From an uncultured Muribaculaceae bacterium (GTDB lineage Bacteria; Bacillota_I; Bacilli_A; RF39; UBA660): a stretch of 49,081 bases of DNA. This document shows, piece after piece, positions 1 to 9,153 of the stretch. The stretch is taken from assembly GCA_964472425.1 (NCBI GenBank), contig CAYYLF010000003.1, positions 1-49,081 of the forward strand, read 5' to 3'. Numbering within the stretch: the first letter of the stretch is position 1; every line of letters begins with the position of its first letter. A program made the position numbers and the translations under genes. The notes under the pieces are model-generated. The model was not told the origin of the DNA. It saw nothing but the letters and a program-made list of their open reading frames with translations, and searched no databases.

Positions 1-97
1 CAGTGTTTGACTGGGTTTGAAAGGTTTTTTGATACAAGCAACTGCAAAACTCCGGAAGTGGAACGATACCATAGGGAAACACTTAAAAAAATAATTA

Positions 98-166
98 TCC
101 CAAAACTTGGAAGTGAAATGCCTCAAAACTTGGAAGTAAAATGCCCCAAAATCTGGAAGTGATATT
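98..166 (+). repeat. Tandem array, 3 x 23 bp (consensus cccCAAAAcTtGGAAGTgAaAT), abutting the promoter of the AAA/DUF4143 gene
   Basis: Units 98-120 tcccaaaacttggaagtgaaatg, 121-143 cctcaaaacttggaagtaaaatg, 144-166 ccccaaaatctggaagtgatatt; a degenerate copy caaaactccggaagtg lies at 45-60. Confidence 0.95.
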
Positions 167-193
167 GTAATTATCACTTTTTTAGTGTATAAT
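165..193 (+). promoter_or_regulatory. SigA-type promoter
   Basis: TTGTAA (165-170), 17-bp spacer, TATAAT (188-193); AAGGAG RBS before ATG 218. Confidence 0.75.
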
Positions 194-217
194 TATCCTA
201 GATAAGGAGAATAATGA

Positions 218-1486
218 ATGGAATATGTCAAAAGGATAGTTGATGAAGAAATAGAAAAACAGCTTCAAATCGTCGGCGCACTCGCCATTAAAGGTCCCAA
301 ATGGTGTGGCAAAACGACTACAGCCAAGCAAAAAGCCAATAGCATTTTAGAACTACAAGACCCCGATAACCAAGACAATTATCTAGAGCTTGCCGACACT
401 AAGCCCTCTCTTCTACTAGAAGGAGACAAACCACGTCTTTTAGATGAATGGCAACTTGCACCCAAACTTTGGAATGCTGTACGATACTCTGTAGACAAAA
501 TAAGTATGCCCGGCCAGTATCTTCTCACAGGTTCGGCGACTCCCAAAGAAGATGCCTCTCAACATAGTGGAGTAGGAAGATTTGCTTTTATAAAGATGAA
601 ACCTATGACTTTATATGAAAGTGGTGAATCGAACGGAAAAATATCACTTGCAGACATTAAAAACGGGCAAGTAAACATCGATGGTATTAAAACAGACTTG
701 ACATACGAAAAAATAGCTTTTGCTCTTTGTCGAGGAGGATGGCCGAACTCCATTTTTCTAAAAGAAGATTTTGCCCTCGAAATTCCTAAAAACTATGTAG
801 ATGTACTATGTGAATCAGATATCTCACGTATCGATGGTATAACGCGGAATCCGAACCTCGCACGAACTATTTTGAAAGCATATGCTAGGCAAGTCTCTAC
901 TATAGGCTCCAACCAATCATTATTTCAAGACATAAGAGCTCAATACGGAGATATAAGCGAAAAAACCATAAGTGAATATTTAGAAGTCTTCAAAAAACTT
1001 TTTATAATAGAAGAAATTGAAGCATGGAATCCAAACATAAGAAGTAAAACTTCGATTAGAACATCACCCAAAAAGAGCATGATAGACCCCTCTATCGCAG
1101 TTGCAGCTTTAGGGTGTTCGCCAAAAGAACTTATGATGGATATCGAAACTTATGGGCTTTTATTCGAAAATCTAGTTGCTCGCGATTTGAGTGTCTATGT
1201 CGACTCAATAGGAGGAACATTGAAGCACTACCGAGATAGATACCAACTTGAATGTGACAACGTAGTACATTTTAAAGATGGAAGCTATGCTTTAATAGAA
1301 ACAAAACTAGGTGGAAATAGAATAAAAGAAGCAGAAGAACATCTATTAGAACTCAAAAAATTGATACTAGAAAAGGAACCTAAAATAGGAGCTCCAGCAT
1401 TCATGATGGTTATAACGGGAACAGACCTAGCATACACAACCGAGCAAGGAATACTAGTTGTTCCAATTGGATGTCTTAAAAACTAA
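218..1486 (+). CDS. AAA_14-type ATPase with C-terminal DUF4143 (PD-(D/E)XK-like) domain
   Basis: Walker A GPKWCGKT, Walker B LLDEWQ, LTGS sensor, DPS motif, G-L-F-E-N-L-V, HYRD...ECD...IETK nuclease-like C-terminus. Confidence 0.9.
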   Translation: MEYVKRIVDEEIEKQLQIVGALAIKGPKWCGKTTTAKQKANSILELQDPDNQDNYLELADTKPSLLLEGDKPRLLDEWQLAPKLWNAVRYSVDKISMPGQYLLTGSATPKEDASQHSGVGRFAFIKMKPMTLYESGESNGKISLADIKNGQVNIDGIKTDLTYEKIAFALCRGGWPNSIFLKEDFALEIPKNYVDVLCESDISRIDGITRNPNLARTILKAYARQVSTIGSNQSLFQDIRAQYGDISEKTISEYLEVFKKLFIIEEIEAWNPNIRSKTSIRTSPKKSMIDPSIAVAALGCSPKELMMDIETYGLLFENLVARDLSVYVDSIGGTLKHYRDRYQLECDNVVHFKDGSYALIETKLGGNRIKEAEEHLLELKKLILEKEPKIGAPAFMMVITGTDLAYTTEQGILVVPIGCLKN

Positions 1487-1511
1487 AAAAAGAAAGAGTA
1501 GGTAGTTAAAT

Positions 1512-2255
1512 ATGAAAGGTGTAATTTTAGCAGCAGGAAAGGGTAAGAGACTTTACCCATTGACGAAAGGAATACCGAAAGTGTTGTTGCCGGTATACGA
1601 CAAACCGATGATATATTATGCACTCGACTTCATGAAAGAAGCTGGAGTGAGAGAAGTGATGATAGTAATAGCCGAAGGACAAGAGGCGATATTCACAAAC
1701 GCTCTCGGCGATGGAGCAGGATTCGGAGTCAAAATCACTTACCGCGTCCAACACGAAGTAAACGGCACGGCCGGAGCCCTAATCGCGACCAAAGATTTCA
1801 TAGAAGGAGAAGATATACTTCTATACTATGGAGACAACATCCTTTTAGGACCGAACCTTGCCGAACTAGCCCGCGAAGGAATTGCGAACACTCACGAAAA
1901 CTGTGCTTCGATGTTCGCTCTCGAAGTCGCCAATCCATCTGACTATGGAGTCTTAGAAATCTCGAAAGATGGGGTCATCATATCTCTCGAAGAAAAACCC
2001 GACGTGCCTAAGAGCAACTTCATTGCTCCAGGTATCTACTTCTATCCCGAAAATCTCACGAGCAAACTAGATTCGGTCGAACTATCACCTCGTGGCGAAT
2101 ATGAAATGACCGACGTCAACAACGATTACCTAAAAGAAAATGCCCTTCGCGCCATCATCCTCCCTAAAGAGACCCTTTGGTTCGATGCCGTAAACTTCGA
2201 AGGACTGCTCGATGCTTCCAACATAGTTCGCGATTTCAAAAAAAACAAACTATAA
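1512..2255 (+). CDS. Sugar-phosphate nucleotidyltransferase, glucose-1-phosphate thymidylyltransferase (RmlA/RfbA)-like
   Basis: ILAAGKGKRLYPLT, K.LLPVYDKPMIYY, GDN, EEKP, SPRGEYE motifs; C-terminus shorter than typical RmlA. Confidence 0.85.
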   Translation: MKGVILAAGKGKRLYPLTKGIPKVLLPVYDKPMIYYALDFMKEAGVREVMIVIAEGQEAIFTNALGDGAGFGVKITYRVQHEVNGTAGALIATKDFIEGEDILLYYGDNILLGPNLAELAREGIANTHENCASMFALEVANPSDYGVLEISKDGVIISLEEKPDVPKSNFIAPGIYFYPENLTSKLDSVELSPRGEYEMTDVNNDYLKENALRAIILPKETLWFDAVNFEGLLDASNIVRDFKKNKL

Positions 2256-2357
2256 AAAGCCTAATGGTATTCCCGATTATCTTATCGGGATACCCCTCGT
2301 CGATTTGACTTATTGCACAAAATATAGTATAAATATATGGGAGAATAGTGATTAAAA

Positions 2358-2939
2358 ATGAAAAAGAAATTGTTGTTTATTATCTTCATGGTCGGAGTAG
2401 TCGTCTGTCTTTCTGGATGTGGAAACAAAGACGAAGAACAAAAGACCTACAATGTCGAAATAACCGTCAAAGATATGGGAGTAATCAAAGTCGAACTCGA
2501 CGCCGAGCAAGCTCCTATTACGGTCAAAAACTTCGTAAATCTCGTCGAAGATGGCTTCTATGATGGTCTCACTTTCCATCGCGTCATCGAAAACTTTATG
2601 ATACAAGGAGGAGACCCAAATGCTAACGGCACAGGTGGCTCCGGTAAGACCATAAAAGGTGAATTCTCATCGAACGGAGTCAAAAACGAAATAGAACACA
2701 ACCGTGGGACCATATCGATGGCGAGAAGCAACGACCCTGACAGTGCCAGTTCGCAATTCTTTATAGTGCACAAAGACAGTCCGCACCTAAACGGAGACTA
2801 TGCGGCCTTTGGCCACGTGACCGAAGGGATGGACGTAGTCGACAAGATTGCTCAAAACACTCCAGTACTAGTCGGAAGAGACGGTTTAGTTGCCAAAGAA
2901 GACCAACCGATAATCGAATCGATAAAGTTGATCGAATAA
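2358..2939 (+). CDS. Cyclophilin-type peptidyl-prolyl isomerase, lipoprotein
   Basis: Lipobox LSGC; FHRVIENFMIQGGDP, SMAR, SQFFI and AAFG cyclophilin motifs. Confidence 0.93.
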   Translation: MKKKLLFIIFMVGVVVCLSGCGNKDEEQKTYNVEITVKDMGVIKVELDAEQAPITVKNFVNLVEDGFYDGLTFHRVIENFMIQGGDPNANGTGGSGKTIKGEFSSNGVKNEIEHNRGTISMARSNDPDSASSQFFIVHKDSPHLNGDYAAFGHVTEGMDVVDKIAQNTPVLVGRDGLVAKEDQPIIESIKLIE

Positions 2940-2952
2940 AATGAGGTAAAAT

Positions 2953-3381
2953 ATGATAAACGAAGTTAAAAAACTGTACAAAAAATACGAAGAGATAATC
3001 AATTACGTAATCGTCGGAGGTCTCACCACCGTCGTCAGCCTCGGAAGCTATTATCTGTGTGTCCTGACCGTGTTCGACCCCGAAAATGTCGTTCTCTTAC
3101 AATGCGCAAACATCATCTCGTGGATTCTATCTGTTACCTTCGCTTTCTTTGCCAACAAAAAATACGTTTTCAAAAGCAAAAATGCGAATGTAGCCGAAGA
3201 AGCATCCAAGTTCTATGGAGCCAGACTCGCGACGTTGGGAATCGACATGCTATTCATGTTCTTGACCGTGACGGTCCTCCACTGGAACGACAAAATCATG
3301 AAGATAATAGCGCAAGTCGTAATTCTAATACTCAACTACCTCATAAGCAAATTCATCGTATTTATCAAAAAAAGCGATTGA
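2953..3381 (+). CDS. GtrA family membrane protein
   Basis: YVIVGGLTT start, 4 TM segments, NKKYVFKS and NYLISKFIVF motifs. Confidence 0.88.
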   Translation: MINEVKKLYKKYEEIINYVIVGGLTTVVSLGSYYLCVLTVFDPENVVLLQCANIISWILSVTFAFFANKKYVFKSKNANVAEEASKFYGARLATLGIDMLFMFLTVTVLHWNDKIMKIIAQVVILILNYLISKFIVFIKKSD

Positions 3382-3467
3382 CGAAAAGACCGAAAGGCCT
3401 TTTTTCTATGAATGAAATGACCGAAAGACGCCCATAATATAAAAGAAAAGAAAAAACTTTTCAAAAA

Positions 3468-3494
3468 TTAGCACTTTATGTTGACAAGTGCTAA
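3468..3494 (+). promoter_or_regulatory. CIRCE operator (HrcA site) overlapping the -35 of the hsp20 promoter
   Basis: TTAGCACTT-N9-AAGTGCTAA; TTGACA 3481-3486, 17-bp spacer, TGgTAAGAT 3501-3509. Confidence 0.92.
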
Positions 3495-3533
3495 TAAAAG
3501 TGGTAAGATTATATCAGAAAGGTGATGGAAAAT

Positions 3534-3926
3534 ATGAATTTAATTCCTAGAAAATATTATTTTGGAGATGATTTCTTTGACGATTTCTTTGAACCTGCCT
3601 TAAAGGACCAAATGAAATGCGACGTATATGAGAAAGATGGAAATTACCACATCGAGTTGGACGTTCCAGGATACGATAAAGAGGACATAAACCTCGAGTG
3701 TGACAATGGTTACCTCACTATTTCGGCAACTAAAACTTCCGAGGATAACGACGAAGGCAAAAACTACATTCGTCGCGAAAGAAGAATGGGAAGCTTCAGT
3801 CGTTCATTCTACGTAGGAGACGTCGAGCCTGAGGAAATAGAAGCCGAATTCAAGAAGGGTACTTTGACAGTAGTCGTTCCTAAAATCGACGAAAAACCTA
3901 CCAAAAAACAAATTACGATTAAATAA
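3534..3926 (+). CDS. Hsp20/alpha-crystallin small heat shock protein
   Basis: DVYE...ELDVPG..KEDI, RRER..GSFSRSF, AEFKKGTLTVVVPK; start placed at ATG 3534 after the AAAGGTG RBS. Confidence 0.93.
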   Translation: MNLIPRKYYFGDDFFDDFFEPALKDQMKCDVYEKDGNYHIELDVPGYDKEDINLECDNGYLTISATKTSEDNDEGKNYIRRERRMGSFSRSFYVGDVEPEEIEAEFKKGTLTVVVPKIDEKPTKKQITIK

Positions 3927-3927
3927 G

Positions 3928-3954
3928 AGAAAAGTTCCGAAAGGGACTTTTTCT
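3928..3954 (+). terminator. Intrinsic terminator of hsp20
   Basis: aaaagttcc-gaaa-gggactttt hairpin with T-run. Confidence 0.8.
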
Positions 3955-4018
3955 AATGCGCCACTTCGATTTGCAAATCTCCAAAAAATTGTTTTTATAT
4001 TTGACGTATAATTTATAG

Positions 4019-4136
4019 AAGAGAAGGCCATAATAAAAATGTAGATAAGTTAAGTATCTACACTCGGCTTCAAAACCGTTTCATTTGGCTCTTATGCCAC
4101 GAGTAAAGAGGGACACGAATTTGTCTCTTTTTACTT
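4019..4136 (+). ncRNA. Candidate structured small RNA of unknown family
   Basis: TATAAT at 4007-4012, hairpin tgtagata/tatctaca (4040-4062) and terminal hairpin agtaaagagggaca/tgtctctttttact; no ORF; lies between the hsp20 terminator and the tsaE promoter. Confidence 0.3.
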
Positions 4137-4219
4137 ACCAAAATAATTTACAAATTCGTAGTAAAAGATGTTGACCTTTATACAGAATATTGTATATAAT
4201 TGTTATAGGTGAGTAAAAA

Positions 4220-4681
4220 ATGGAAACAGAATATAAATACACTAGTCATAATGAACAAGATACTATGGAACTAGCTCAAAACATGGAATCAGAAAAATTT
4301 CCGAATATGGTCATCTGCTTGAAAGGTGAACTCGGAAGTGGCAAAACGGTCTTTGTCAAAGGGTTTGCTCAATCTTTGGGAATAGAAGAAAACATCACGA
4401 GTCCGACATTTACTCTTGTTAAAGAATATCACACCGGTGAAATGCCTCTATTCCACATGGACGTCTATAGACTCGAAGACGGTGACGACGGCTCTATAGG
4501 ACTTCAAGATTATTTCACTAAAGGCGGAGTAACTATTATAGAATGGTCCGACCTCATCAAAGACTCTCTTCCAGATGAAAGACTCGAAATTAAGTTCAAA
4601 GTTATCGATGAAGAAACGAGAGTACTAATCTTCACTCCATATGGAGAACAATACGAAGATTTACTAAGCGCCGTATTATAG
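4220..4681 (+). CDS. tsaE: t6A biosynthesis ATPase TsaE
   Basis: GELGSGKT, ITSPTFTLV, HMDVYRL, IIEW motifs; operon with tsaB/rimI/tsaD. Confidence 0.96.
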   Translation: METEYKYTSHNEQDTMELAQNMESEKFPNMVICLKGELGSGKTVFVKGFAQSLGIEENITSPTFTLVKEYHTGEMPLFHMDVYRLEDGDDGSIGLQDYFTKGGVTIIEWSDLIKDSLPDERLEIKFKVIDEETRVLIFTPYGEQYEDLLSAVL

Positions 4682-4741
4682 AGTTTACTCTATTTTTTTT
4701 TGTCGAAATGCGATATAATATAGGCGTTTGGAGGGATAATT

Positions 4742-5305
4742 ATGCCTAAACTTTTTATAGACACCCACAGTGAGATGGTTACAATAGCTATTGCAAAAGA
4801 TGATGAGGTACAAAAGATAGAAAAGAAAAGTGAACGTAGCCACAGTGAAGTCGTCGTCCCATCGCTAGACGAAATACTCAAAAAATCCGAAATCGAACTA
4901 TCCGACCTCGACGAGATAATCGTCGTAAACGGTCCAGGAAGCTTCACAGGCGTGAGAATAGGTGTGACCATTGCCAAAACCATCGCTTACAGTCTTTCGA
5001 TTCCGATTAAGACCATCACTTCGCTCGAAATGTATGGAGTATCGGCAGACGAAGACTTCGACCTCGTGACAATCGAAGACTCCAAAGGCGTCTATTCGGC
5101 CCACAAAATAAACGGAGAATACGTCGAATACATGTATCTAAGACGCTCCGAATTTGAAGAATATGTTCAAAAAAACAGATTTACCATTTTGCCTAAACGA
5201 CAAATAGACATACCTAAAATAATCGAATATGCCAAAATCAAAGAATTCACCAACCCACACAAAGTAAATCCTATATACATAAAGGAAATAGATGCATTGA
5301 AATGA
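4742..5305 (+). CDS. tsaB: t6A biosynthesis protein TsaB
   Basis: LFIDT, HSE, GPGSFTGVRIG motifs. Confidence 0.95.
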   Translation: MPKLFIDTHSEMVTIAIAKDDEVQKIEKKSERSHSEVVVPSLDEILKKSEIELSDLDEIIVVNGPGSFTGVRIGVTIAKTIAYSLSIPIKTITSLEMYGVSADEDFDLVTIEDSKGVYSAHKINGEYVEYMYLRRSEFEEYVQKNRFTILPKRQIDIPKIIEYAKIKEFTNPHKVNPIYIKEIDALK

Positions 5306-5712
5306 TAGAAGAACTCTCGATTACTCATAAAGACCGCATAAATGCCCTCGGCAAAACTTTGAGTCCTACCTACGATATTTCCAAAAGAGGAGAACTCGAA
5401 CGAATCCTCGTCTATACCAAGCAAGACGAAGCGATAGGATTCGTTCAATACTCGAAAATTTACGAGACTATCGACATCCTCTACATAGTAGTCGATTGCC
5501 ACTACCGAAGACTCGGCATAGGTAGAGAACTAATCGAACACTTAGAAAGAGACCTCGACGTCGAACACATCATGCTAGAGGTTCGCGTCACGAACGCCGA
5601 AGCCATATCTTTCTACGAAAAACTCGGATTCAAAAAAATTAGACCTATCCCCAACTACTATAAAAATGGCGAAGATGCCCTTGCTATGGGAAAAGACATC
5701 GATAGAAAATAA
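5302..5712 (+). CDS. rimI: RimI-like GNAT acetyltransferase
   Basis: RRLGIG acetyl-CoA motif, LEVR..N..AI.FYEKLGF, NYY..GEDA; sits between tsaB and tsaD. Confidence 0.85.
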   Translation: MIEELSITHKDRINALGKTLSPTYDISKRGELERILVYTKQDEAIGFVQYSKIYETIDILYIVVDCHYRRLGIGRELIEHLERDLDVEHIMLEVRVTNAEAISFYEKLGFKKIRPIPNYYKNGEDALAMGKDIDRK

Positions 5713-5721
5713 CTGAAAGGA

Positions 5722-6750
5722 ATGAACCTTATGAAAAAAGATACATACATACTAGGAATAGAATCCAGTTGTGACGAGACGAGCATCTCGATTGTCAAAA
5801 ACGGATGCGAAGACATTTACACCTGTGTCGCAACTCAGATGGACACGCACGCCGAATTTGGAGGAGTCGTTCCCGAAATCGCCAGTCGCATGCACACCGA
5901 GAGTATCACTTTCGTTCTCGAAGACGTAATCAAAAATTCTGGCATAACATGGGACGAGATAGATGCCATAGCAGTCACTTATGCACCCGGTCTCATGGGC
6001 TGTCTATTGGTCGGTCTCGAATTCGCGAAAACCTTAGCCCTCATCCACCAAAAACCGCTCATAGGAGTACACCACATAGCAGGTCACATATATGCGAACA
6101 ATCTCACAGAAAAAATAGAATTTCCATCGCTCGGACTAGTCGTAAGTGGAGGTCACACCGAACTGATTATCATGAAGGATGATTACGACTTCGAAGTGTT
6201 GGGCACGACTCTCGACGATGCGGTCGGAGAATGCTTCGACAAGATAGCCCGCGTCATCGGACTAAAGTATCCCGGTGGGCCGAACATCGAGAAACGCGCT
6301 AAAGAGGGAAAGCACACCTACGACCTTCCAGTGCCGATGAACGACGACTCTTTAAACTTCTCCTATAGTGGTCTCAAAAGCTACATCATAAACCTCGTTC
6401 ATAACGAAACGCAAAGAGGAAAAAAAATAAATGTCGAAGACCTCGCTTGTTCTTTCCAAGACGTTGCCGTCGACGAACTCGTTCGAAAAACCGAGCTAGC
6501 TATCGAACGTTATGACCTAAAACGCCTTATAGTCGCCGGTGGAGTGAGTGCCAACAACTTCCTCCGCGAAAAACTGTCCGAAATGTGCAAACGACATGAG
6601 GTGCATCTGTCCGTTCCGCCTTTCAAATACTGCACGGACAATGCGACCATGATTGCGGCTGCCGCTTATCCCTTATATCAAAAAGGCAACTTCGCCGACT
6701 TTTCGTTAAACGCCAAAAGCCACGAATACTTTTTCGACAAAAAAGACTAA
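5722..6750 (+). CDS. tsaD: t6A N6-threonylcarbamoyltransferase TsaD
   Basis: LGIESSCDET, GGVVPEIASR.H, HHIAGH, VSGGHT, DDAVGE.FDK, GGVSAN, TDNA.MI. Confidence 0.97.
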   Translation: MNLMKKDTYILGIESSCDETSISIVKNGCEDIYTCVATQMDTHAEFGGVVPEIASRMHTESITFVLEDVIKNSGITWDEIDAIAVTYAPGLMGCLLVGLEFAKTLALIHQKPLIGVHHIAGHIYANNLTEKIEFPSLGLVVSGGHTELIIMKDDYDFEVLGTTLDDAVGECFDKIARVIGLKYPGGPNIEKRAKEGKHTYDLPVPMNDDSLNFSYSGLKSYIINLVHNETQRGKKINVEDLACSFQDVAVDELVRKTELAIERYDLKRLIVAGGVSANNFLREKLSEMCKRHEVHLSVPPFKYCTDNATMIAAAAYPLYQKGNFADFSLNAKSHEYFFDKKD

Positions 6751-6787
6751 TTGCATTAACGTATAAAATATAGTAAAATTACGATAG

Positions 6788-7324
6788 GTGAAAATGATGG
6801 ACGATAAAAACTTTTTCGTAGTAGCAGTCACCGTGGCGTTCGCCGTACCGGTTGTTTTTGGGGGACTGTACTTTTGTAGTCTCGCTAACACTAGCAATGC
6901 GAACGACCACATAGCCAAACTAGAAAATCGAAGGGAACTCCTTTTCTTCGGAAAAGACACCATCGCCGACGTGTCAAACGAAATTATTTCGGATGGCGAC
7001 TACGAAACAGCAAACTACATCGATTTCGAAATAGACTATGCCGCCGGCCCCGAAGATGCGACCACGTACAGCCTCGTCCTCAAAGACATCGAAACTGCGA
7101 AAAGAATCGACAAAAAAAACTACACCTGGCGACTGACTCAAAAAAATGAAAAAACGAATTTTTACGACCTCGTCTCGTTTGGAACCTTCTCACCGACGAA
7201 TTCTCACATCACCCTAGGGACATTCCAACTGACTAAAAACGAATCCCATAACTTCAGAATATATTATTATCTCAATTCGGAAGTTACCAAAAACGATTTG
7301 GTAGCCCAAATCGCAATAGAATAG
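6788..7324 (+). CDS. Hypothetical exported or membrane-anchored protein (beta-rich)
   Basis: N-terminal hydrophobic segment, host-like codon usage, RBS AGGTG; exact start uncertain (6788/6794/6797). Confidence 0.7.
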   Translation: MKMMDDKNFFVVAVTVAFAVPVVFGGLYFCSLANTSNANDHIAKLENRRELLFFGKDTIADVSNEIISDGDYETANYIDFEIDYAAGPEDATTYSLVLKDIETAKRIDKKNYTWRLTQKNEKTNFYDLVSFGTFSPTNSHITLGTFQLTKNESHNFRIYYYLNSEVTKNDLVAQIAIE

Positions 7325-7336
7325 GAGTACATTTAT

Positions 7337-8071
7337 ATGGCATTACTGACAAACCTCATTGCAGGACTATTTTTCTCGGTCGGCGCCTTCTTGGCCCTCT
7401 TCGAAAAGAAGAGAAAAGGCCTCGTCGAATTTAGCATCGGTCTATCCTTCAGTGTGATGGTTCTCCTCTTGGCTTTCGATATAGTGCCAGAGATACTAGA
7501 ACTATTAGAAGAAAAAGGGACCATCTTCATGTACGTATTCATCGTAATCGGAATAGTCATGCTCAAACTCATCGACCTTCTCGTTCCCCATCACGACCAT
7601 GACCGCGAAATTCACGACCACCACCGTCATCTGAATCACATAGGTATCATAAGTGCCCTTGCCCTTATCGTCCACAACGTAATCGAAGGAATAGGCATCT
7701 ACAATATCGCTCTCTACGACTTCAAAGCTGGGCTACTGATGGCCATCGGAGTAGGCTTACACAACATTCCATTTGGAATCGAAATAACCGCGACTTTGAA
7801 CGAGACCAAAAAAGACAAAAAATACATCTTCCTGAGCATTTTGCTACTGACTTTGAGTACAGTTTTGGGAGGACTCATCATGATGATATTTAAGTCGATA
7901 AACGATTTCGTTCTAGGCTCTCTCATGAGTCTTACGGTCGGAATGATAATCTATCTCGTTCTATTCGAATTGCTAATCGAACTCGGAGCATCAAAAAATA
8001 GAAAATATTCGGTCGCCGGATTGCTTACCGGTATAATCTTGATGTTCGCAGTATTTATAATTGGAGGGTAG
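7337..8071 (+). CDS. ZIP family divalent metal (Zn) transporter
   Basis: His-rich loop HHDHD..IHDHHRH, HNVIEG and HNIPFG metal-site helices, multiple TMs. Confidence 0.9.
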   Translation: MALLTNLIAGLFFSVGAFLALFEKKRKGLVEFSIGLSFSVMVLLLAFDIVPEILELLEEKGTIFMYVFIVIGIVMLKLIDLLVPHHDHDREIHDHHRHLNHIGIISALALIVHNVIEGIGIYNIALYDFKAGLLMAIGVGLHNIPFGIEITATLNETKKDKKYIFLSILLLTLSTVLGGLIMMIFKSINDFVLGSLMSLTVGMIIYLVLFELLIELGASKNRKYSVAGLLTGIILMFAVFIIGG

Positions 8072-8074
8072 TAT

Positions 8075-8980
8075 ATGAAAGATGTATTGATAACGGGCGG
8101 AGCCGGAAAAATAGGCTTCGACCTCGTAAACAAATTGGTAGATAGCAACTGCAACATTACCGTCCTCGACTTGGAAAGCAAGGCGAGTATCAAAAAACTC
8201 GCGCCTATAAAAGACCGAGTACGCATAGTCTATGGCGATGTCGAGGACGCCAACCTGATTCGCGACCTAGTCAAGAGAAACGACATAGTAATAGACTATG
8301 CTGGAATTATGCCTCCGCTCGCCGACCTTAACGAAGAAATAGCCAACGCTACTAACTTCAATGGAACAAAAAACATCGTAGACGCGATTAAAGAACTCAA
8401 CCCCGACTGCCTCTACATCTATATGTCGTTCATATGCGTGTACGGGACGACCGATAAAAAGGTGCGAAAACTTTCCACAGAAACCGAGAGTACTTACCCG
8501 GACGACTACTATTCCGTAAGTGTCATCCGCAGTGAAGATTACATAAAGAACAACATCGAAAAATATGCGATTCTGAGAATGCCAATAGTCATCACTAACA
8601 ACAACTATTTTCTAAAACACATGAAACTAGATCGAACTATGGATTTCATAACCAAAGAAGACCTAAACGACCTAATTCTATCCGCGATGAAATCTCCCAA
8701 GATTGTCGGAAAAACCTACAACATAAGTGGCTTCAAGGCCAAAAGTAGGGGAGTCGCGGAAAGACTTTTTAAGGCAACTGGAAAAATTGCCATCTTCGGA
8801 CGAAATCTCTATTATGGAGAATACGAAGATGCCCACGACATAGATAAAATTGCCAAGATAAAGTATACGAGCCTAGATGAATGTATAGAGGACATCGAGA
8901 GAAACACTCCAGCCTGGAAAAGAAGAATGTGCAAGGTATTCAACTACATAAAATATGCTATATTCAAGAAATTAAAATGA
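8075..8980 (+). CDS. NAD-dependent epimerase/dehydratase (extended SDR)
   Basis: TGGAGKIG Rossmann motif, N..GT.N; the catalytic YxxxK reads YSVSV, so it may be atypical. Confidence 0.8.
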   Translation: MKDVLITGGAGKIGFDLVNKLVDSNCNITVLDLESKASIKKLAPIKDRVRIVYGDVEDANLIRDLVKRNDIVIDYAGIMPPLADLNEEIANATNFNGTKNIVDAIKELNPDCLYIYMSFICVYGTTDKKVRKLSTETESTYPDDYYSVSVIRSEDYIKNNIEKYAILRMPIVITNNNYFLKHMKLDRTMDFITKEDLNDLILSAMKSPKIVGKTYNISGFKAKSRGVAERLFKATGKIAIFGRNLYYGEYEDAHDIDKIAKIKYTSLDECIEDIERNTPAWKRRMCKVFNYIKYAIFKKLK

Positions 8981-8986
8981 GACGTG

Positions 8987-9013
8987 AACTATTGCAAATC
9001 TAGCAATAGTTTT
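8987..9013 (+). terminator. Intrinsic terminator
   Basis: aactattgc...gcaatagtt followed by T-run. Confidence 0.7.
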
Positions 9014-9018
9014 AATTT

Positions 9019-9110
9019 TTAAAAAGTGTTCAGCAGAACTCTTAAAAAGTGTCCAATGAAAATCTTAAAAAGTGTTCAGTGAAATTCTTAAAAAGTGTCC
9101 AACAATTATT
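9019..9110 (+). repeat. Tandem array, 4 x 23 bp (TTAAAAAGTGTyCAr...), abutting the promoter of the second AAA/DUF4143 gene
   Basis: 9019 ttaaaaagtgttcagcagaactc; 9042 ttaaaaagtgtccaatgaaaatc; 9065 ttaaaaagtgttcagtgaaattc; 9088 ttaaaaagtgtccaacaattatt. Confidence 0.96.
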
Positions 9111-9137
9111 GAAAACAAATTAAAAATATGCTATTAT
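9109..9137 (+). promoter_or_regulatory. SigA-type promoter with extended -10
   Basis: TTGAAA (9109-9114), 17-bp spacer, TGcTATTAT (9129-9137). Confidence 0.75.
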
Positions 9138-9153
9138 AACGGTAGGTGATAAA

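Noticed and set aside
4040-4062. GTAGAT/ATCTAC hairpin reminiscent of a Cas12a repeat stem
   Set aside because: Single copy, arm order and loop do not fit, and no cas gene.
9019-9110. CRISPR array interpretation of the 23-bp arrays (also 98-166)
   Set aside because: The period is only 23 bp, there are no unique 25-45-bp spacers, and there are no cas genes in the window.
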